UHGV virus genome: UHGV-1752292
Source of the DNA: a virus
DNA: 28,274 nt
Strand: one strand, 5' to 3'
Under the pieces are notes generated by a model. It was not told where the DNA came from and made no database searches. It saw only the letters and a list, made by a program, of their open reading frames with translations. The first letter of the stretch is position 1, and each line of letters opens with the position of its first letter. Positions 15,782 to 28,274 of the stretch are shown piece by piece. A program made the position numbers and the translations under genes.

Positions 15782-16042
15782 ATGAAAATTGAACACTGTT
15801 ATGAGTCTGATGGAACACCTATCCGATGCCCACATTGTGGGTGTACAGACTTACAAGGTGAGGTAAGTGAAATAGTCAACGGTCATATCGCTGAAGAGAG
15901 TACAAGGTGTACAGGATGTAATGAAATCATTGCTTTCTGGGCTTATGGTTCATACCAACCCACACCACACTTAATCTACCATAGCAATAAAGCTGTGAAG
16001 AATGTTATCAACTGGTTTATTAAGAAAGGATTTACAAAATGA
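15782..16042 (+). CDS. Hypothetical zinc-ribbon protein
   Basis: 86 aa with CPHCGC … CTGC pairs; stop overlaps the DHFR start (ATGA). Confidence 0.45.
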   Translation: MKIEHCYESDGTPIRCPHCGCTDLQGEVSEIVNGHIAEESTRCTGCNEIIAFWAYGSYQPTPHLIYHSNKAVKNVINWFIKKGFTK

Positions 16043-16584
16043 TTAAATTAATCTTCGCAAGTGGTGAAAGTGGGGAGTTTGGTACTCCAACTGGTATGCC
16101 GTGGCCTCGACATAAACAGGATATGCAAGAGTTTAAGAGACTTACTAAAGGTAACTTAGTAGTCATGGGTAATGAAACTTTTAAGACTCTGGGTAGTAAA
16201 CCATTACCAGAACGTACAAACCTCGTCTTAACGAACTCTGTTCCATATTTGGGTATAGACTTTGACAAAGACGATGTAATGTATGCTAAAGCTAGTAAAG
16301 AGTCTTTTGGAGCATTTTTGAAGTATCTTGATAGCTCTATTGATGAAGATGTCTTTGTAATTGGTGGTGCAGGTGTTCTTGTCGATGCTTTGCCGTATGC
16401 TGGTGTAGTTTTCCATACAGTTTTCCATAAAGTTACTGAAGAGGCCACTGTGTATTTACCTTTTGAAAACTTCTTTGAGAAGCTGTATGATAACCGTGTA
16501 TTTACAAAGGTACAGTCAAAACCATCAGAGGATGGTAAAGCAACCTTTGAAATTTATGTTCCACAAGTAAAAGGACACTTTTGA
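16039..16584 (+). CDS. folA: Dihydrofolate reductase
   Basis: 181 aa; GMPW motif, LVVMGNETFKTLG…LPER and VIGGAGVLVDALPYA segments match the DHFR fold (T4 frd-like); adjacent to thymidylate synthase. Confidence 0.75.
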   Translation: MIKLIFASGESGEFGTPTGMPWPRHKQDMQEFKRLTKGNLVVMGNETFKTLGSKPLPERTNLVLTNSVPYLGIDFDKDDVMYAKASKESFGAFLKYLDSSIDEDVFVIGGAGVLVDALPYAGVVFHTVFHKVTEEATVYLPFENFFEKLYDNRVFTKVQSKPSEDGKATFEIYVPQVKGHF

Positions 16585-16585
16585 T

Positions 16586-17485
16586 ATGTCACAAGCAGAT
16601 ACAAGTTACAAAAATATCCTGAACCATGTTTTATCAGTCGGTGAACTGCGTACTACACGAACTGGAGACGTTATCTCTGCATTTGCTCCACCACAATTTC
16701 GTTTTGATATGAGAACTGGTTTCCCACTCTTAACATCTAAACAGGTGTTTACACGGCAAGTTATTGGGGAAGCTCTATGGTTCCTGAATGGTGAGAATAA
16801 ACTTGGTGAACTCCGTTACCGCACTTGGGGTGAAAATGATGGGGAACGCTGGACTATCTGGTCAGATGATTTTAAACGCTGGTTAAGCTCTAATTATTCT
16901 TCTGAACAAGATTGGTTAGAAGATGCAGGTGGAAGAATCTACGGAGTTCAGTGGAGAAACTTTGAAGGCCATAATGGTTGTGTTGTAGACCAACTAGAGA
17001 CCTTAGTAACGAAGATGAAAGGTGATATCACAGACCGTTACATGCTTGTTAATGCTTGGAATGCAGCAGATATTGCAGCAAACTCAATGGCTTTAGCACC
17101 TTGTCACGTTCTGTTTCAGATTTATATCACTAACGAGGGTGAAGTTGATTTGCAATGGTATCAGCGTTCAGTAGACACCTTTTTAGGACTCCCGTTTAAT
17201 ATTGCATCTTATGGTTTTATTCTGGAAGTTCTTTGCAAGATGACTGGATACACTCCACGGTACTTGATAGGTGTCTTTGGAGATACTCAGATTTATCAGA
17301 ACCATATGAAACAGGTTTATGAACTGATGAACAATGAAGAGTTCCATGCACCTACTTTTGAGATTGGTGTGCAGCTTAACACTCTAAGTGACCTTAAACA
17401 TCTTACTGCAAGTGATTTTATTGGTGGCATTAACAACTACCAACATGCAGGGAAGATTGAAGCACCTTTATCAGTAGGCAAGTAA
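16586..17485 (+). CDS. thyA: Thymidylate synthase
   Basis: 299 aa; active-site ALAPCHVLFQ (Pro-Cys-His) and conserved DLQWYQRS-type region; immediately downstream of DHFR as in T4 frd-td. Confidence 0.85.
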   Translation: MSQADTSYKNILNHVLSVGELRTTRTGDVISAFAPPQFRFDMRTGFPLLTSKQVFTRQVIGEALWFLNGENKLGELRYRTWGENDGERWTIWSDDFKRWLSSNYSSEQDWLEDAGGRIYGVQWRNFEGHNGCVVDQLETLVTKMKGDITDRYMLVNAWNAADIAANSMALAPCHVLFQIYITNEGEVDLQWYQRSVDTFLGLPFNIASYGFILEVLCKMTGYTPRYLIGVFGDTQIYQNHMKQVYELMNNEEFHAPTFEIGVQLNTLSDLKHLTASDFIGGINNYQHAGKIEAPLSVGK

Positions 17486-17529
17486 AACAAAAAAAGGCTC
17501 CCGTAAAAAGGAGCCTTAAACTTTATTTT
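17484..17529. terminator. Bidirectional intrinsic terminator between convergent operons
   Basis: Hairpin AAGGCTCC - 8-nt loop - GGAGCCTT (17494-17517) between the thymidylate synthase stop (17485) and the stop of the minus-strand 123-aa gene (17523). Minus-strand RNA gets a direct U-run (A-run 17484-17493); plus-strand RNA gets TTTATTTTT slightly downstream. Confidence 0.6.
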
Positions 17530-17894
17530 TCAGTATTCTTTGTGTTCTTTTCAGTAATAGCTTGGAGGGCTGATACTGATTGAGCCAGATTGTTCACACT
17601 ATCAGAGAATTTATCAAGAGTCTTAGTAAGTTTTGCGTTCTCACCCTTAACATTCTCTAACTGGACTTTCTGGTTCTCCATCCCTAGCTGAAGCAGCCTC
17701 ATATCAGACTGTAAATCACGAATAGCTGAATAATTACTTTTGGAATAATTATCTAACTGCTGTAACTTTGTTGTGATAGACACTTCTTGCTTACCATCCG
17801 AGACTTGCATGGTGGTATACATCCCAATAACACTAAAAATACCAACTACAATTGCACCAATATTATTTTTAAAAGCTTCCTCCAGCCACTTCAT
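17523..17894 (-). CDS. Membrane-anchored coiled-coil protein (possible spanin-like or lysis-associated)
   Basis: 123 aa; N-terminal hydrophobic helix (IGAIVVGIFSVIGMYTT) then Gln/Leu-rich coiled-coil-like sequence; last gene of the late operon; start overlaps the previous stop (ATGA). Confidence 0.4.
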   Translation of the reverse strand: MKWLEEAFKNNIGAIVVGIFSVIGMYTTMQVSDGKQEVSITTKLQQLDNYSKSNYSAIRDLQSDMRLLQLGMENQKVQLENVKGENAKLTKTLDKFSDSVNNLAQSVSALQAITEKNTKNTEK

Positions 17895-18088
17895 TTATTC
17901 TCCCCCTTAAAAGCTTTTTCTAAGTTATCTACGAACTCATCATCAATAGGTGTGTCTGTTTTACTCGCAAGGTATCTTGCAAGCCTAAAGAACACTTTCT
18001 CAATCATGTATTCACTTAGAAGGGATAAAATGAGTTTCCAGAAGAAGCTACCTAGATTTTTTAGAAGAATTGCTAGGATTGTAGGCAT
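17891..18088 (-). CDS. Small membrane protein (possible holin-like)
   Basis: 65 aa with hydrophobic segment ILAILLKNLGSFFWKLILSLL and charged C-terminus; GAGGTGA RBS; sits between the tail fiber gene and the 123-aa membrane protein. Confidence 0.35.
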   Translation of the reverse strand: MPTILAILLKNLGSFFWKLILSLLSEYMIEKVFFRLARYLASKTDTPIDDEFVDNLEKAFKGENK

Positions 18089-18107
18089 TTAATCACCTCA
18101 TCAGCCA

Positions 18108-18147
18108 AGATGGTGAGAATATCCATAAAGAATATTAACACCATCTT
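18108..18147 (-). other. Perfect 9-bp inverted repeat (hairpin) between tail fiber and small membrane-protein genes
   Basis: AAGATGGTG (18108-18116) / CACCATCTT (18139-18147) with a 22-nt AT-rich loop; no adjacent U-run, so probably a processing or regulatory hairpin rather than a terminator. Confidence 0.35.
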
Positions 18148-18167
18148 AACAATCAGTCAATAAGGGA

Positions 18168-20738
18168 TTAAGCAGTTCTTACCCAAGCCATTAACTTATA
18201 GAACTGGTTAGTAACACTAAATGCCGAACCAGAACCTGTACTACCAGTGTTACCACTAACTGTGTGGCTGTGAGCACCAATACCTACAGAGTGGGAATGG
18301 TCGCCAGCACCGCTTGTAGTACCAGACCATGTATGTGTATGGTCACCAGTTGTGTTGGTGTTAGGGAACTTGTTATCCTTTCTGTCAAGCCAGTCAAGTG
18401 TTCTAGGCAGACCGTTACCAATGGTTGTATACCCGTACAAAGCATCACCGCCGTTAACTAATAGTAGACCTAAGTGATGAGCGTGGTTACCAGCAGCACT
18501 TGTTGTACCACTTACAGAGTGAGCATGACCACCAGTACTGTTAGTTCCCTTTGTACCATAATCAAAAGATGAAGTGGTAGCAGAGAAACTGTGAGTGTGC
18601 GATGGTAAATTACCAACAGCTAACGTTACAGAATCTGAACCACCAGTTGTAGCAACATCTGAACCGTTTGCTGCTGCGATTCTGATAGTTCTACCAACAC
18701 CATTGTTCAGGTACGTCCAAGTTAGACCAGGAAGTGCTGTATTAGGGTCAACATTACTGTTAAACCACGTTACAATACCTACTGGATAGATTTTGTTAAG
18801 GTCTGTAGAGTCACTAATTGCCTGTGCAATCTTCTGGTCAGTTTCTGATTTAGTATATGCACCAATATCTGAAGGTGTTGGCTTCAAGAGACTAGTGTAA
18901 TAGTAAGCAATTGTGCCAGCAACATAGCCAGATGGAGCGTTGTCAGATGTCTCTGGAGTCTCAAACAATTGTACTGCTGCATTAGATGATGACTGAACCC
19001 TAGCTGTCATAGCGTTTAGATAGCCACCAACTACGCAATAAATGTCATAGTTAACACCTCTGGTGTTAACATACCCAATTTGGGTTACAACAGCATTCGG
19101 TGAGTTTTTCCATGCAACAACATTTAAGCCTTTTGGGTTACCATTCCCTGTCCTAAGAACAATTTCTGTTTTACAGGCTTGGTCAATTACGCCAAAGTTA
19201 AATCCAGCCCCCCCAAACAGTTCAATCACTGCTGTTGATGTGCCCTGCGGCATACTGACAGTAGCAATCTTAGCCCATTTAATATCACCACCAGTATTGA
19301 ATCCGGTGCTTCTTACTCTCAGATACCTATTATCAGCAGATGATTTGTTATAGTATCGGTCATCAATGTTAGTCCAATCAGAAGGTTGAACTTGACCATT
19401 AACTCTGACTGTTTTGTTCAGTAAGAAGTCATCTTGCATGAAGATAGTAGTACCAGCCCTATCATTGTGAATAATGAATTTAGATGGGTTTTCTCTTTCG
19501 CCATTCCCGATGTACCACCTTCTCACATTATCAGCGTTATAACCAGCAAAGTATAGTGCATTATCCTGAACAGTGTTTCTTAGCTGTAACGATAGGTCAT
19601 CTTGGAGAATAACTTGTGTAGACCTGAAAATGTTCATGTTACTGAGTTTAGCAAGATTACTCAAAGTTCCTGCTGGAATGTATCTAGAGTCAATGTTAGT
19701 CCAATCAGAAGGTTGAACTTGACCAACAACCCTAAGCTGCTTGTTAAATTCAGCATAACCATTATCAAGTCTAAGATTAGTGTTATATACATAGTTGTGA
19801 ATGAATACAGCAGGTGTAGCATCACCATTACCTACAAACCACCTATCAGAGTCATCATAACTTTCACCTTTGATGTATAGCGAAGACTTTGCTATAGGAC
19901 TTTTTAACCTTAAAGCAGCACTGTCACTGATGATGGTTAGAATTCTGCTAAACGTGTTCGCGCCACTGAAAGTATTATCACCATTTAACTGTGCAAATCT
20001 CTGATTAGCTGCTGTCTGAGTAAAGTATCTAGCATCTAAGTTAGAGAAGTCAGAGGGTTGTACTTGACCAGTGATTGATAAAGACCTATTAACAGAGATA
20101 TTACTTGCAACAGTCAAGGCTGAATTATATTTGTTATTGTACAGCTTCACTTCATTAGAGCCATTACTACCAACACCAACCCACCATCTAGCCGAACCAT
20201 CTAGGTCTACACCTTCAATATATTGTGCATTATTTGCATTTTGGCTTCTAAGGTGAAGTAAGTTACCATCCCCTTGAATTCGCTGAGACCCAGAGAATGT
20301 GTTTGTTACAGCAAGCCTTGCATATCTTGCATCATTCTCTTCATTAGTTCTCATCCCAAGTTCATTAGGGCTTGGCTTATTCAGAGTATGATAAACAGTT
20401 GCCGACCTTGAAGCATCTGCAATAGTTAGTCTAAGGCCGTTTGCGTTGATTTTAAAAGTCTTTAAAACATCCCCAATAGTAATCTCAGAAGAGCCTGTTG
20501 GGTCAAATACTGCCTTACCACCATAAAGTAACTTAACAATACCTAAATCCCCAGTCATAGTGCTTCCAGCAATCTGAACAAACCTTTCTAGTTTGAAGGA
20601 AGCTAAGAAGTCTTGATAAGTCATTCGACGGTCTTCATCACCAAGCATTTCAGGTCTCTTTTTAACCCTAACATGAAGAAGGTCATCTGAACGGATTGTA
20701 TCGATTGAGTTTAATTCACTCAACTTGTAATCTGTCAT
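18168..20738 (-). CDS. Tail fiber protein (long, with internal tandem repeats and His-rich C-terminal tip)
   Basis: 856 aa; three ~105-aa tandem repeats each ending in GQVQPSD(W/F)(T/S)N(I/L)D.RY; C-terminal HxH-rich region (HTHSFS…GGHAHSVSG…GNHAHHLG…GDHSHSVGIGAHSHTVSG) with SFDYGTKG motif; AGAGGAAAA RBS. Confidence 0.7.
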   Translation of the reverse strand: MTDYKLSELNSIDTIRSDDLLHVRVKKRPEMLGDEDRRMTYQDFLASFKLERFVQIAGSTMTGDLGIVKLLYGGKAVFDPTGSSEITIGDVLKTFKINANGLRLTIADASRSATVYHTLNKPSPNELGMRTNEENDARYARLAVTNTFSGSQRIQGDGNLLHLRSQNANNAQYIEGVDLDGSARWWVGVGSNGSNEVKLYNNKYNSALTVASNISVNRSLSITGQVQPSDFSNLDARYFTQTAANQRFAQLNGDNTFSGANTFSRILTIISDSAALRLKSPIAKSSLYIKGESYDDSDRWFVGNGDATPAVFIHNYVYNTNLRLDNGYAEFNKQLRVVGQVQPSDWTNIDSRYIPAGTLSNLAKLSNMNIFRSTQVILQDDLSLQLRNTVQDNALYFAGYNADNVRRWYIGNGERENPSKFIIHNDRAGTTIFMQDDFLLNKTVRVNGQVQPSDWTNIDDRYYNKSSADNRYLRVRSTGFNTGGDIKWAKIATVSMPQGTSTAVIELFGGAGFNFGVIDQACKTEIVLRTGNGNPKGLNVVAWKNSPNAVVTQIGYVNTRGVNYDIYCVVGGYLNAMTARVQSSSNAAVQLFETPETSDNAPSGYVAGTIAYYYTSLLKPTPSDIGAYTKSETDQKIAQAISDSTDLNKIYPVGIVTWFNSNVDPNTALPGLTWTYLNNGVGRTIRIAAANGSDVATTGGSDSVTLAVGNLPSHTHSFSATTSSFDYGTKGTNSTGGHAHSVSGTTSAAGNHAHHLGLLLVNGGDALYGYTTIGNGLPRTLDWLDRKDNKFPNTNTTGDHTHTWSGTTSGAGDHSHSVGIGAHSHTVSGNTGSTGSGSAFSVTNQFYKLMAWVRTA

Positions 20739-20753
20739 TATAAATTTTCCTCT

Positions 20754-20775
20754 AAAAAGGGGCTACCAAGCCCCT
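20754..20775 (-). terminator. Intrinsic terminator between the two tail fiber genes (minus strand)
   Basis: AGGGGCT - acca - AGCCCCT (7-bp GC-rich stem); on the minus-strand RNA it is followed by UUUU. Probably partial, since the long fiber gene starts 16 nt downstream. Confidence 0.45.
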
Positions 20776-20784
20776 GTAAAGAAA

Positions 20785-21957
20785 TTAAGCTGTTCTCTGC
20801 CATACATACAGGACGAAGGATGGCTGTTCAATATTAACCGCCTGACCTCCACCAACACTATTTGTGTTTCCACTATGTGTATGCTCAGAAGAAGAAACTA
20901 CCACAGTGCCACTATGTGTATGTGAACCAATACCGACTGTGTGGCTGTGAGCACCAATACCAACTGCGTGGCTGTGGTTACCAGATGCACCAGATGTAAC
21001 GCTAAAACTGTGTGAGTGTGCACCGTCACTAGATGTCCTTGATGTTCTCCATGCACCACCACCATTAGAGTCAGCTACAGCATTACCAGTACCATCATTT
21101 TCTCTAGGGTACACATCATGGTTGTGAGTGCCATCTGTACTTGTGTTACCTGATACGTTGTGTGTATGGTTACCAGTTGTATTAGTCTCTTTTGTTCCAT
21201 AGTCGAAAGAGCTGGTAGCCTTAGTTCCATAGTCAAAAGCTGAAATTGACACAGTTGCATTATGAGTGTGACCACCACCACTAAGAGACACAGAGTGAGA
21301 GTGTTGAGGCATGTTATTAACTGACAAAGTGACAGTTGAAGAACCAAATACAGAACCTGCTGGTCTTGTGTCAGAGTCATAACCAACCAATGCTCTACCT
21401 TTTGAAACTAACTCCCAAGTACCTCCACAAATTAAATATGTAGAAGGGTTTGCAGAGTTCATGGAAAGATGGATAGTACCTACTGGATAGGAAGCCTGAA
21501 CAGCCTTGTACAAGTTATTTACTGCTCTTGCTGTAGCGTACTTATCTGCATCTTCGTTATAAAGGTTAGATGTTGTCCAGTTCTGAACATTACTTAAACC
21601 AACCTGTGCCTTAGTTGTATTGTGTGGGTTACTCTTGTCCTTGATATGCTGTTGAATAAGATTATTAACCTCTTCTGAAGACATAATCTGTAGATTTGCT
21701 CTTGCCTCAGCTACATTAACAATATCTGATAAGTTATTTGCAGCAACTAACTGAAGAGCATTAATAACATTATCTAAACCAATTTGTGTTTTAGTAACAC
21801 CATGAGGGTTATTTCTTAGGCTTGAGTGTGGAGCAAGTAATTGCTCAAGAGTGCATCTCTTATCCTCAATACCCTGCTTAAGATGGAAGATATCACTAAG
21901 GTCAATTGGTAAGGCTGCTTGAGGTAAGGCACTAATTTGAATTTCACCTACTGCCAT
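20785..21957 (-). CDS. Tail fiber protein (short paralog with His-rich C-terminal tip)
   Basis: 390 aa; C-terminal HxH repeats (HSHSVSLSGGGHTHNAT…GNHTHNVSG…GAHSHSFSV…GNHSHAVGIGAHSHTVGIGSHTHSG), duplicated SFDYGTK motif, and C-terminus …WQRTA paralleling …WVRTA of the 856-aa fiber. Confidence 0.7.
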   Translation of the reverse strand: MAVGEIQISALPQAALPIDLSDIFHLKQGIEDKRCTLEQLLAPHSSLRNNPHGVTKTQIGLDNVINALQLVAANNLSDIVNVAEARANLQIMSSEEVNNLIQQHIKDKSNPHNTTKAQVGLSNVQNWTTSNLYNEDADKYATARAVNNLYKAVQASYPVGTIHLSMNSANPSTYLICGGTWELVSKGRALVGYDSDTRPAGSVFGSSTVTLSVNNMPQHSHSVSLSGGGHTHNATVSISAFDYGTKATSSFDYGTKETNTTGNHTHNVSGNTSTDGTHNHDVYPRENDGTGNAVADSNGGGAWRTSRTSSDGAHSHSFSVTSGASGNHSHAVGIGAHSHTVGIGSHTHSGTVVVSSSEHTHSGNTNSVGGGQAVNIEQPSFVLYVWQRTA

Positions 21958-21959
21958 TA

Positions 21960-28274
<6,315 letters not shown>

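Noticed and set aside
14509-16448. Minus-strand ORFs 14509-14709, 14541-14756, 15566-15835, 16032-16448, 16228-16428
   Set aside because: Antisense to tightly packed plus-strand genes including DHFR; no independent support.

Overview
This window reads as a densely packed segment of a lytic tailed-phage (Caudoviricetes) genome, about 40% GC by eye, with three transcription blocks. Block 1 (1-6959, minus strand) is a replication/nucleotide-metabolism operon: acidic and unknown proteins, dNMP kinase, T7 gp4-like primase-helicase, gp2.5-like SSB with acidic tail, gp6-like 5'-3' exonuclease, and a truncated GIY-YIG endonuclease at the window edge. Block 2 (7217-17485, plus strand) holds a family-A DNA polymerase interrupted by a group I intron carrying an EndoVII-type HNH homing endonuclease, then a free-standing HNH-AP2 endonuclease, small unknown proteins, ATP-dependent DNA ligase, a ~550-bp non-coding region, a signal-peptide protein, an HTH regulator, DHFR and thymidylate synthase. 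Block 3 (17523-28274, minus strand) is a late module: baseplate-like proteins (hub, spike, gp25/W-like, J-like), two paralogous His-rich tail fibers and two small membrane proteins that may be lysis-related. The most unusual element is the non-coding region at 13450-13990: a near-consensus sigma70-type promoter followed by three tandem units, each with a palindromic or degenerate head, an array of 11-14 pentanucleotide repeats with GG at a fixed phase, and a terminal hairpin whose stem varies between units while the loop is conserved. I interpret this as a candidate structured ncRNA, protein-binding array or origin-like locus. All calls rest on motif recognition by eye; no database search or computation was possible.
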